DNA of 64,000 bases from a virus. The stretch spans positions 40,829 through 104,828 of IMG/VR virus record IMGVR_UViG_3300045988_112318; one strand, written 5' to 3'. A program made the translations under genes and the position numbers. Positions 17,784-26,269 of this stretch are shown piece after piece. Under the pieces are notes generated by a model. The model was not told where the DNA came from and did no database searches. It worked only from the letters and a program-made list of their open reading frames with translations. The first letter of the stretch is position 1. Every line of letters starts with the position of its first letter.

Positions 17784-18035
17784 ATGGAGAAAAGAGACAA
17801 GAAGATACCTTACGAGGTAGTCATACAGGAAAGAAAAAGAGTAGATTTATACGGTAACGTAGTGTATTATATCTATTGGTTTGATAAATATGGGTATGAT
17901 ATCACAAACGAATGGAAATTCTGGAGCAAGGGTTCGAAAAAGAAATATGATAGAGTCAATCGTTATCTAACGGATAGTTGGCTGAAGGAATACTGTAAGA
18001 ATAACAATTTAAAGATAAGTAGAATAAAGGAATGA
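17784..18035 (+). CDS. hypothetical protein
   Basis: ORF-track 17691..18035 trimmed to the ATG at 17784 (MEKRDKK), which lies downstream of the terminator and is preceded by aaggagga. Confidence 0.45.
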   Translation: MEKRDKKIPYEVVIQERKRVDLYGNVVYYIYWFDKYGYDITNEWKFWSKGSKKKYDRVNRYLTDSWLKEYCKNNNLKISRIKE

Positions 18036-18316
18036 AAACGATAAAAGTAGACAAAGTGATATTATATTACATGGATCGGGTAGACCCTGACGGGAACCTA
18101 TACCGGTTCTATGTATATAAAGACATGGCATCTGAAATAGAATACTTTTGCACGGAAGAGGCAGGTAATATGACTATACCAATCGGAGAAGGAAAGTATA
18201 TTGAAATCGTGCCAAGGGAAATAGTGAAAATACCAGTAAGAGGATACAGAAGGCTTGTTGGAAAATGGAATTTTGAGACATGTCAGGGAAAAGGCTGGTA
18301 TAGGCTTTTAAATTAG
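18032..18316 (+). CDS. hypothetical protein
   Basis: 94-aa ORF. Confidence 0.45.
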   Translation: MKTIKVDKVILYYMDRVDPDGNLYRFYVYKDMASEIEYFCTEEAGNMTIPIGEGKYIEIVPREIVKIPVRGYRRLVGKWNFETCQGKGWYRLLN

Positions 18317-18366
18317 GTAATTATATACCACTTTACACTTTTCCTTAGTATTATTCCCATATAATT

Positions 18367-18402
18367 GAGATTGTGTCAAAATGCTGGCACAATCTCTTTT
18401 CG
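18367..18402 (+). terminator. rho-independent terminator
   Basis: gagattgtg...cacaatctc 9-bp stem followed by TTTTcgTTT. Confidence 0.55.
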
Positions 18403-18430
18403 TTTACTAAAAAAATCAATATAACAAGTT

Positions 18431-18775
18431 ATGAAAAAGAATAGACATAAAAAAGAATCGCTTTTAAACAAGCGGGTATTAGTTAAGTGGATAGATTCCA
18501 ACCTATCAGAAAGAACATGGGTAGATCTGGAGGATTACGAAACAGATATATCAGAAATAGAGAGCTATGGTATTGTTGTACATGAAAATGAGAGATCTAT
18601 ATCTGTAGCTGGTCATTATGCTGTTGGTAATTCCAATACATTAGAACAAGCTTCTGGTATAATGACCATACCAAAAGCTTGTATTAAAGAACTTATTTTC
18701 CTTTCTTTTGGCAACCACTCTTACTTTTTCCACGACGGGAAGCGGCTTGTAAAGTGTAACCTGCAAGAGTTTTAA
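18431..18775 (+). CDS. hypothetical protein
   Basis: 114-aa ORF. Confidence 0.45.
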   Translation: MKKNRHKKESLLNKRVLVKWIDSNLSERTWVDLEDYETDISEIESYGIVVHENERSISVAGHYAVGNSNTLEQASGIMTIPKACIKELIFLSFGNHSYFFHDGKRLVKCNLQEF

Positions 18776-18970
18776 CATCTTTGGAAGATATCTTCTTTCT
18801 TAATAACTTGCCTGCTTTACTGGCTGTTTTTCTTGATGGCTTTTTGCATTTGTTCATGATCTTAGATATTTTGTTGTTTATGCAAAAATACGAACTGTTA
18901 AAATTCCCAATATTCATTTTACATCAAATTAAATCCTTTTAAGCCGTTTTAAAATATTAGATAGAATAAC

Positions 18971-18978
18971 TATCTTTG
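18971..18978 (+). promoter_or_regulatory. Bacteroidota -7 element (TAtcTTTG) with no ORF downstream
   Basis: Exact TAnnTTTG; the next ~250 nt lack an ORF and end in a hairpin plus T8 at about 19143-19231. Confidence 0.35.
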
Positions 18979-19270
18979 CCCTCACGTATTAGAATAAAGA
19001 CGTAGAAGCGTTAAGATATTATCTTGCATTGAAACTTGGACACTTTCATTCGCACAAGATAATAGACATACAGCTCCTACGCCTATGTTGTTGTATACGC
19101 ATTCTGATTATACAAGAGGGATAATAGTATACTGACATAAGGCGTGGGGCTATTGTTTACTATTGTGCGAAGGGTAGTCCAAGACCTCAATGTGGTAGTA
19201 TCCAATAGTCTCCACGCTTCTTTTTTTTGTTAATCTTTCGAAGGAGGCAGAAAGAGCAAAATTATTTCAT

Positions 19271-19975
19271 ATGAAAAAGTATCTATTATTGTTAGTTGTT
19301 CTATTGGGTAGTGTATGCGCTTACTCACAGAACAAAATGGTTGAAGCTATTCATTTAAAAAATGGAAGTGTTATAAAAGGGGTTATTATCGAGCAGATAC
19401 CAGACAAGCAAATTACTATTCGCACTTCTGATGGTAGTACGTTTGTGTACCCTATGGAAGATATCAGTAAAATAACCAAAGAAGAGAAAGAATCTAAAAT
19501 TCCATTTAAAATATCCAATGAAAAGTACGATTTGACAGGGAGTAGATTTATGATTGATCTCGGATACTGGGCAGGTGGATACAAAGGCCCAGAATTATAT
19601 TTTACATATGGAAGCCAAATCAATCAATATTTATTTGTAGGAGGTGGAACCGGCATACACTATATGACCGATTATTCAACAGTAAGCATACCTGTATTTG
19701 CGGATGTGAGAGGATATGCCTTGAATGGTCCAATATCTCCTTTTATTGCATTAAGAATAGGGTATAAGTTCAATACAAAAGAAGCACCAAGACATGCAAA
19801 AAAAGGTGGATTGTATTGTAACCCTTTTATTGGCGTACGGTTTATGACCACTAAAAAACAAGCTGTTAATTTAGGTATAGGATATTCTATACAAAAGGTA
19901 TCATTTGATGAAGAATGGGGAGATGGAAGTGGTGACATGAACGGATTTAGTATAAAGGTCGGATATGAATTTTAA
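19271..19975 (+). CDS. outer-membrane beta-barrel protein (OmpA-like/porin-type) with signal peptide
   Basis: N-terminal MKKYLLLLVVLLGSVCAYSQ signal, alternating hydrophobic beta-strand pattern, C-terminal KVGYEF ending in aromatic residue as in Bacteroidota OMP beta-barrels. Confidence 0.55.
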   Translation: MKKYLLLLVVLLGSVCAYSQNKMVEAIHLKNGSVIKGVIIEQIPDKQITIRTSDGSTFVYPMEDISKITKEEKESKIPFKISNEKYDLTGSRFMIDLGYWAGGYKGPELYFTYGSQINQYLFVGGGTGIHYMTDYSTVSIPVFADVRGYALNGPISPFIALRIGYKFNTKEAPRHAKKGGLYCNPFIGVRFMTTKKQAVNLGIGYSIQKVSFDEEWGDGSGDMNGFSIKVGYEF

Positions 19976-20360
19976 CAATAACATGAAACAAGTACTACAT
20001 ATATTATTAACCTTGCTACTTTTATTCACATTTTCGTGTAACGATGATAATGTGAATAATGACAATAACAGCATATTAATAGGTTCATGGGGAGAGCAAT
20101 TCCCCGCAGATGAATTTTTCGAACTCACATTTTATAATGACGATACAGGCGTAATGACTGTATATTACAATGAAGGCAAAAAGAAAAGCCCAGATCCTTT
20201 CACATACTCTTTTGATAAAAATACAATGAAATTAGTCATTGTATTTGATAGTGACCCTGAGCCACCTATTGTTTATGATGTAAAGGTGTCAGAAGGTTGG
20301 CTGAAACTTGATTGTGTATCTGGAGATTTTGAAGACTTTTCAATGTACAGGATACAATAA
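19965..20360 (+). CDS. lipoprotein
   Basis: Signal peptide with lipobox LLLFTFSC; 131 aa; terminator follows. Confidence 0.55.
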   Translation: MNFNNNMKQVLHILLTLLLLFTFSCNDDNVNNDNNSILIGSWGEQFPADEFFELTFYNDDTGVMTVYYNEGKKKSPDPFTYSFDKNTMKLVIVFDSDPEPPIVYDVKVSEGWLKLDCVSGDFEDFSMYRIQ

Positions 20361-20382
20361 TATACAAAATAGTAAGCAGTAA

Positions 20383-20420
20383 AAGCGGTGGCAACTTAGT
20401 TTATCACCGCTTTCTTTTTA
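20383..20420 (+). terminator. rho-independent terminator
   Basis: aaagcggtg...caccgcttt stem followed by cTTTTTaT. Confidence 0.55.
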
Positions 20421-20457
20421 TAAATCAATTAATTATTAACTTTTTAAAATTGTAATT

Positions 20458-20622
20458 ATGAAAACAAAAGAAGAAAAACAAAAGAAATTTTTGACAGAAT
20501 TTGAAATCAACGGGCGAAAATACGCTGGTGAAATATGGGCTACTTCTTGGAATGAAGCAGAAGATTTTGTTAAACAAAGAGCTACAACAGAAGAAGTAGT
20601 GGGGATTATTCCAAATGATTAG
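20458..20622 (+). CDS. small hypothetical protein (54 aa)
   Basis: MKTKEEKQKKFLTEFEINGRKYAGEIWATSWNEAEDFVKQ...; more plausible than the overlapping minus-strand track ORF 20425..20625. Confidence 0.35.
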   Translation: MKTKEEKQKKFLTEFEINGRKYAGEIWATSWNEAEDFVKQRATTEEVVGIIPND

Positions 20623-20628
20623 CATTGT

Positions 20629-20805
20629 CTATATATCACACCCATTTCTCCTTGCATTCTCTTTACAGTAACTTTTATTGGCATATCCTTGGGTAGAAGC
20701 ACCAACTACTTCTCCGTTTGGAGCTATTCTTTTCCATCGCCATTTATCGTTTTTGTCTTTGTAAAGTTCCACTTTGTCTTTTTTGTGTTCTATTTTCTTT
20801 TCCAT
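20629..20805 (-). CDS. DUF1508 (YegP-like) domain protein (58 aa)
   Basis: Minus-strand translation MEKKIEHKKDKVELYKDKNDKWRWKRIAPNGEVVGASTQGYANKSYCKENARRNGCDI matches the DUF1508 kdk.g.wRfrlka.NGeviasSegY.sk...e.gi pattern; below the ORF-track cutoff. Confidence 0.5.
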   Translation of the reverse strand: MEKKIEHKKDKVELYKDKNDKWRWKRIAPNGEVVGASTQGYANKSYCKENARRNGCDI

Positions 20806-20972
20806 GATATTATTACAATTAAGTTAGACAATCCTCAAAAATAGAAAAGAATTAGAAATTTAACAACAAAAAAAATAATTCAAAATCAGATATTCGATGA
20901 ATTTAATTGATTTTTAGTTGGTTATATGAATATATTTTTGTATTTTTATAATCCAATATAAAGATAAGAAGT

Positions 20973-21896
20973 ATGTTCGATTTTAAATCACTTCCCGAAT
21001 TTTCAAAATTGTTCCCTGATGAGCAAGCGTGTATAACCTTTCTTGAAAAAGAAAGGTGGGGAGATCACGTTGTTTCTCCTTTTGATCCGGAATCTAAGGT
21101 GTATAAATGCAAAGGAAATAGATACAAGTGTAAAAACACGGGTAAATATTTCAATGTTCGTACAGGAACGATTTTTGAAAATTCGAAAGTCTCATTACGA
21201 AAATGGATGTTGGCTTGTTATTTTGTTGTTGAAATGAAAAGAGGAGTATCATCTTTACAGTTGTCTAAAATCGTGGGAGTAACACAGAAAACGGCTTGGT
21301 TTATGCTTCAACGTATTCATAATTGTTTTAGTATTGAAATAAAAGAGCCGTGTTTGAAAGGCGAGATTGAAGTGGATGAAACTTATATTGGTGGCAAAAA
21401 CAAGAATAGACATAGTAAGGATAAAGTTAAAGATGCACAGGGGAGATCTTTAAAAGATAAAACCCCTGTGTTTGGGACACTCCAACGAGAAGGATTTGTT
21501 GTCGCTTATGTCGTTACAGACACAAAAGGTAAAACCTTACTTCCTTTGATATACAATACCGTTCATCCTAATTCTACCATATATTCTGACGAATGGTATG
21601 CGTATAACGGGATCAACAAAGAAAAGTTTGATCATCAAAAAGTATATCACAAAAAGGGAGCGTATGTAATAGGCAGAAGATCAACAAACACAATCGAAGG
21701 ATATTGGAGCCATTTGAAGAAAATGATTTCTGGAACCCATTTCTGGGTGTCGAGAAAACATCTTCAAAGATATGTAGATTGCGAATCTTTCAGATATAAC
21801 ACGAAACATCTATCGGAATCTGAAAGATTCGATGTATTTTTGCAGAATACCAAACGACGATTAAGGTATTCACAACTAAAGAAAATTACGGCATGA
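20973..21896 (+). CDS. IS1595-family (ISXO2-like) transposase
   Basis: N-terminal FPDEQACITFLEKERWGDHVVSP and zinc-ribbon, DDE core with ...EVDETYIGGK...; family-typical size of 307 aa. Confidence 0.7.
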   Translation: MFDFKSLPEFSKLFPDEQACITFLEKERWGDHVVSPFDPESKVYKCKGNRYKCKNTGKYFNVRTGTIFENSKVSLRKWMLACYFVVEMKRGVSSLQLSKIVGVTQKTAWFMLQRIHNCFSIEIKEPCLKGEIEVDETYIGGKNKNRHSKDKVKDAQGRSLKDKTPVFGTLQREGFVVAYVVTDTKGKTLLPLIYNTVHPNSTIYSDEWYAYNGINKEKFDHQKVYHKKGAYVIGRRSTNTIEGYWSHLKKMISGTHFWVSRKHLQRYVDCESFRYNTKHLSESERFDVFLQNTKRRLRYSQLKKITA

Positions 21897-22081
21897 AAAA
21901 AAATAAGAAATTCACAATATCAACCACTACTACGATCAGAAGTAGTAAAAGTGGAAAATTAGAGAAGGATATGAAGAGAATAGCTAAAAGTATATTTAGC
22001 TATAATCCCAAAACAGATCCTAACGACCCTCTTTTTGATAAAACCACCTCTAAAAAAGGTGGTAACGAAAAAGAATTTTAA
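21893..22081 (+). CDS. small hypothetical protein
   Basis: 62-aa ORF overlapping the transposase stop. Confidence 0.3.
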   Translation: MKKNKKFTISTTTTIRSSKSGKLEKDMKRIAKSIFSYNPKTDPNDPLFDKTTSKKGGNEKEF

Positions 22082-22087
22082 CCATAT

Positions 22088-22136
22088 AAAACAGAAGCCG
22101 GATATACGTTAATCATTATCCGGCTTCTGTTTTATA
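22088..22136. terminator. strong bidirectional hairpin terminator
   Basis: Perfect 17-bp stem aaaacagaagccggata/tatccggcttctgtttt followed by T4. Confidence 0.6.
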
Positions 22137-22199
22137 TAGATGGTGTAAAGTTGTATATAATCACCTTATTTTATTGATTGTGCTGACGTAAATGCTTGG

Positions 22200-22448
22200 A
22201 TGCGCATAAAAGGGGGAATTATTGAAACGAGCAAACAAATAAAAATCGGGATAGAAGAAGCCAGAAGGATGTGGCAGATGGTGTCACTGTTGCACCGGGG
22301 AGGCCAGTTCCGGCATGGCCTGGTAGAGGACGTGGGTGGCAATAAGTGGAGCATAAACCGGTATGAAAACGATATACTGACAGCCGGATGTCATCGTATT
22401 GCGTATAGTGAGATGGAAAGTATTGCAAAGCAACTGGGATGGGCGTAA
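22200..22448 (+). CDS. hypothetical protein
   Basis: 82-aa ORF with a local GC-rich patch at 22260-22340. Confidence 0.3.
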   Translation: MRIKGGIIETSKQIKIGIEEARRMWQMVSLLHRGGQFRHGLVEDVGGNKWSINRYENDILTAGCHRIAYSEMESIAKQLGWA

Positions 22449-23230
22449 GTAACCCATCTTATTTTATAACAACTAAAAACAAGAAAAATATGGAAAATGC
22501 AATTATTATTCCGTTTGATTTAAATACGGCGAGAAAAATTAAAAGCGGAGAAATAGAAGGTTCGGTATTAATTGATAATATTGAAATAGAATTTGTATAT
22601 GAGTCGAAAGACTGTGCAGGTCCTTATAATTTGCTTTTTGTAAAAAAAGATGGATATGGGATAAGTGCTATATATGCCAACACGGAAGGTTGTATTATTG
22701 GCGGCACCACTCTGGAATTGAGGGTAGAGGCTGGAGCGTATTTTAAGAAAGGAGATGTATTAACAAGCACTAAAGGATGTCAATTTATATATGATGGACT
22801 TATTACCAAAGGGGTAATGGGAAGTATATGTGGAATGGTAACATCTGGAGATATTAAGTTTGATCATAGCGGATTATGGACTGATGTGTATGATGAAGAT
22901 AAAAAACGGCATGTAAGAAAGGCTATAGAAGAAGAGAAGAAATTTTTAGCAGAAAAGATTATAAAAGCCGAAGACAGTAGAAAAATAGATATAATAAAAC
23001 GATATTTAAGTGAATATGAGTATCTATTAGATGAGATGCCGAAACGTGACTTCAAACCATTTGAACGAGTGCTGGTGAGAAGAACTAACCAAGAGAGGTG
23101 GAAATTGCATCTATTTTCCAGAGAATCAGTAGGAGATAATAAATACGAATGCTTAGGAGGGGTAGGATTTAGTCAGTGTATCCCATACGAAGGGAACGAA
23201 CATCTTTTAGGAACCAATAAAAACAAATAA
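22439..23230 (+). CDS. hypothetical protein, paralog A of a tandem pair
   Basis: Shares N-terminus IIPFDLNTARKIKSGE and C-terminus YECLGGVGFSQCIPYEGNEHLLGT with the next gene. Confidence 0.55.
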   Translation: MGVSNPSYFITTKNKKNMENAIIIPFDLNTARKIKSGEIEGSVLIDNIEIEFVYESKDCAGPYNLLFVKKDGYGISAIYANTEGCIIGGTTLELRVEAGAYFKKGDVLTSTKGCQFIYDGLITKGVMGSICGMVTSGDIKFDHSGLWTDVYDEDKKRHVRKAIEEEKKFLAEKIIKAEDSRKIDIIKRYLSEYEYLLDEMPKRDFKPFERVLVRRTNQERWKLHLFSRESVGDNKYECLGGVGFSQCIPYEGNEHLLGTNKNK

Positions 23231-23234
23231 GATT

Positions 23235-23969
23235 ATGGAATATAAAATGGTAACAATCCCGTTTGATTTAGAAACGGCGAAAAAAATAAACATAGGGGAA
23301 AGAGTAGGTCAGATTGTGACAGAGAAAGGACGAAATAGAGCAGAAATAGTATATGAAGACAATTCGTCAATTTGTCCGTTATTGGTTGTAATTCATTCTA
23401 TTTCTGTATCGGCAGATTGGTTTTCTGCTACAGGAAAAGCATTTAGCAGCGAAAATCGCCTCCTTCTTGAAGTCCCGGAATATACTACATTTAAAGATGG
23501 AGATGTGTTAAGCAGCAAAGATGGAAGTTATATTTTTATTTTAAATACGCATGGGAAATATTTAACATCTTTTTATGCGAGTCTTGCAGCGGGAAAAAGT
23601 CTTAATATATCGGATAATTTGGCTGCACACGAAAACCACATAGAATGTTATAGACTTGCAACAGATTCGGAAAAACAGAAGATGATTAAAGCGTTAAAGA
23701 AAAGCAAAAATCCTAAAGCAAAAGAATATCTAAAACGCTTCTTCGGAATTGAAGAAAGGACGAAATATGAGTTTAAGCCGTTTGACAAAGTGTTAGCAAA
23801 ATATTATGAGGACGATAATTGGGAGGCCAGTTTATTCATAAGAACAATTACAGACGATCAGGATGGGGAGATTAAATATGAATGCTTGAATGGAACAGTG
23901 TATGTTTATTGCATTCCTTTTGAGGGCAATGAATATCTTTTAGGAACTGCTGAAAATCCAGAAAAATGA
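23235..23969 (+). CDS. hypothetical protein, paralog B of a tandem pair
   Basis: VTIPFDLETAKKINIGE ... YECLNGTVYVYCIPFEGNEYLLGT; same architecture as 22439..23230. Confidence 0.55.
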   Translation: MEYKMVTIPFDLETAKKINIGERVGQIVTEKGRNRAEIVYEDNSSICPLLVVIHSISVSADWFSATGKAFSSENRLLLEVPEYTTFKDGDVLSSKDGSYIFILNTHGKYLTSFYASLAAGKSLNISDNLAAHENHIECYRLATDSEKQKMIKALKKSKNPKAKEYLKRFFGIEERTKYEFKPFDKVLAKYYEDDNWEASLFIRTITDDQDGEIKYECLNGTVYVYCIPFEGNEYLLGTAENPEK

Positions 23970-24160
23970 AAACGGTAAAATTATCTGATTTTTCTCCTTA
24001 TGACAGAAACAAAGGAGGAATACAAGAATTGCATCATAAAATTGAGCCTAAAACACTTCAGTATTGGGGCGAAGATAGTGGTATTCTGATCGGCATCACT
24101 CCGATATATAAGAGACATTTGTGGAGCGAAGAAGTAAATGTTATAAATGATAAACAATAA
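23966..24160 (+). CDS. hypothetical protein
   Basis: 64-aa ORF. Confidence 0.35.
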   Translation: MKTVKLSDFSPYDRNKGGIQELHHKIEPKTLQYWGEDSGILIGITPIYKRHLWSEEVNVINDKQ

Positions 24161-24162
24161 AT

Positions 24163-24462
24163 ATGAAAACAAGAACATACGAAGGGGTGCAGCATGGAGA
24201 CTGGGTGAGATGTACTCAATGTGGAGTACAAATGCTTCTTCCACGTGGAGCTGACCAATGTCCAGAATGTTATGGATACGACACGTTGGTGTGGGTAGAT
24301 GAAGATAGGCAAGAAATGGACACTAAGCATCTGGATTGCCTTGCTCCAATGCGCAAATTGGAGCTACAAGAATATTTGTCTCAAGATGTTTTGGCGATAG
24401 AGCATAGCGAATATTATAAACAATTGATAGGGGAGGATGAATGGTGTGAAGAAGAAATATAA
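24163..24462 (+). CDS. zinc-ribbon protein
   Basis: CTQCGVQ...CPECYGYD. Confidence 0.45.
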   Translation: MKTRTYEGVQHGDWVRCTQCGVQMLLPRGADQCPECYGYDTLVWVDEDRQEMDTKHLDCLAPMRKLELQEYLSQDVLAIEHSEYYKQLIGEDEWCEEEI

Positions 24463-24496
24463 TAAAGAGTATCATTATTAAAACAATAGAGAAATT

Positions 24497-24751
24497 ATGA
24501 ACGAGGATATTTTAAGCAATATGTTTGGGTGTGATACATATTGCATATGTGACAGTTCTTCAAATAGGTACTGTTTTATTGGGCCTATTGAATGTAACGG
24601 GAAGTTAATAGAAGAGTTTAGGAAGGGAATAATAGTAAAATTGAAACATGTGGAAAAGAGGGTTCTGGATACATTCAAAGAAAATGGGGTTGATCTGGAT
24701 AACTATACCCACTGTGTTATAGTAAAGCGGAATTTTTATCTCGCTTGGTGA
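24497..24751 (+). CDS. hypothetical protein
   Basis: 84-aa ORF. Confidence 0.4.
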   Translation: MNEDILSNMFGCDTYCICDSSSNRYCFIGPIECNGKLIEEFRKGIIVKLKHVEKRVLDTFKENGVDLDNYTHCVIVKRNFYLAW

Positions 24752-24769
24752 CAGTAAAATACAAACAAT

Positions 24770-25432
24770 ATGAACAATTTTATAATAGATACTCCAGATA
24801 ATTTCTGGCAAATAAGATGGCTTGACAAATATATGGAAGGTCACAAGGGGTTCATAGCTGGTGGATGTTTTAAGAATATCCTTTCCGGAGAAAGAGTAAA
24901 AGATATTGATATTTTCTTTGAAAGCGAAGACGATTTTCAGGAAGCTGTTGATTTGTTCAATGATGAAAAACATCAGAAAGAAGGATGGAAATTTAAGTAC
25001 AGAAATGAGAAGGTATGTGCGTTCCAGAAAGAGGGAGAAAAGGCATGGATAGAGTTCATAGAGTCAGAGTTTGGAAAGCCAGAAGAGATTCTCAGGAGCT
25101 TCGACTTTACTGTAGCAAAAATGGCCTACTATAAGGAGCCTAAATACGAAGAAAAGGAAGATGATTATTTTCCATTCTCATCTGCAAGTATAGTAGCATA
25201 CGAGTACAAACTACTCTATCATGAGAAATTCTTCGAACATCTTCATATGAAGAGGCTGGTCATTGACGAAAATATTCCTTTTCCAGTAAGCACATGGGAG
25301 CGCTCATATCGGTATAAAGGATATGGTTACAATATGTGCCGAGAGACAAAGAAAAAACTTCTACAGGCTATTAAAGGTGTAAACGTAGAGGAGGAAGATG
25401 TATCTTTGTACACTACTGGAGGATGGGATTAA
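24770..25432 (+). CDS. Pol-beta superfamily nucleotidyltransferase, CCA-adding enzyme (class II) head-domain-like
   Basis: GFIAGGCFKNILSGERVKDIDIFF matches GGaVRD.LLG....D.D; RSFDFTVAKMAY matches the RDFTINA motif B of class II tRNA nucleotidyltransferases; minimal 220-aa form. Confidence 0.55.
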   Translation: MNNFIIDTPDNFWQIRWLDKYMEGHKGFIAGGCFKNILSGERVKDIDIFFESEDDFQEAVDLFNDEKHQKEGWKFKYRNEKVCAFQKEGEKAWIEFIESEFGKPEEILRSFDFTVAKMAYYKEPKYEEKEDDYFPFSSASIVAYEYKLLYHEKFFEHLHMKRLVIDENIPFPVSTWERSYRYKGYGYNMCRETKKKLLQAIKGVNVEEEDVSLYTTGGWD

Positions 25433-25450
25433 CTTATAAAACATAGATAT

Positions 25451-26113
25451 ATGAATACATCATTTGAGAAATCTAAAAACAGTACAGATGAATGGTACAC
25501 ACCTAAAGAAATTATAGACGCTTTAGGGGAATTTGATTTAGATCCATGTGCGCCTATGCGTCCGTTATGGAGGACAGCCAGGGTTATGTATAACAAAGAG
25601 CAAGATGGATTAAAACAAAAATGGGAAGGAAGGGTATGGTTAAACCCACCTTATTCAAGACCGACTATAGAGCATTTTATTACTCGTATGGTAGAGCACA
25701 ATAACGGAATAGCTCTTCTTTTTAATCGTCTTGACAATAAGATGTTTCAGGATGTTGTATTCCCGAAAGCAAAAGGTATATTGTTCATGAAAGGAAGGAT
25801 AAAATTCCACAGAGAAGATGGAACAATAGGTGAAAGTCCAGGATGTGGGTCTATTCTGGTTGCATTCGGCGAAGAGAATGCGGAAATATTAAGATCTTCT
25901 AATATTGAAGGAAGATATATACAGGTCAATCAAGAACCGTGTAGCACCCATGTAGATTGGGAACAACGTAGATACGAGATGGCAAAAACCATGCTTCCGA
26001 TCACATCCGTATCAGGACGTGGACCTCACGGTGAATTAATATTGGAAGCGTGTGATAAGGCGGCTGAATTAGCTGTAATATATGCGGATGCTTTAATTAA
26101 AGAACTGAAATGA
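25451..26113 (+). CDS. phage-type DNA N6-adenine methyltransferase (Dam-like)
   Basis: WYTPKEIIDALGEFDLDPCA ... DGLKQKWEGRVWLNPPYS matches the phage Dam family motifs FDLDPCA and NPPY. Confidence 0.7.
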   Translation: MNTSFEKSKNSTDEWYTPKEIIDALGEFDLDPCAPMRPLWRTARVMYNKEQDGLKQKWEGRVWLNPPYSRPTIEHFITRMVEHNNGIALLFNRLDNKMFQDVVFPKAKGILFMKGRIKFHREDGTIGESPGCGSILVAFGEENAEILRSSNIEGRYIQVNQEPCSTHVDWEQRRYEMAKTMLPITSVSGRGPHGELILEACDKAAELAVIYADALIKELK

Positions 26114-26269
26114 AATCAACAGTATATGCTCATCTTGAGAATGATTATAGATTTTATAGACTTCCTCTATTTAGAGCTACGGCTGTAAAATACGGATGGA
26201 ATAATCCTATAGGGGAAGATAGTGGGAGAGAGAAAAAAAATATAATTCACAGTATTAAGTAGATATATT

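Larger units (their letters stand above)
20900..22136 (+). mobile_element. putative IS1595-family insertion sequence (boundaries not resolved)
   Basis: Single transposase ORF plus a 62-aa trailing ORF, bounded on the right by a 17-bp-stem hairpin at 22088-22133; inverted repeats could not be identified by eye. Confidence 0.35.

Noticed and set aside
18693-18917. 74-aa basic minus-strand ORF convergent with 18431..18775
   Set aside because: Overlaps the 3' end of a plus-strand gene and has low-complexity Lys/Ser composition. Possibly real but unsupported.
20425-20625. 66-aa minus-strand track ORF
   Set aside because: The opposite-strand 54-aa ORF (20458..20622) has a better start context and composition. 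The minus ORF product is low-complexity Phe/Cys-rich.
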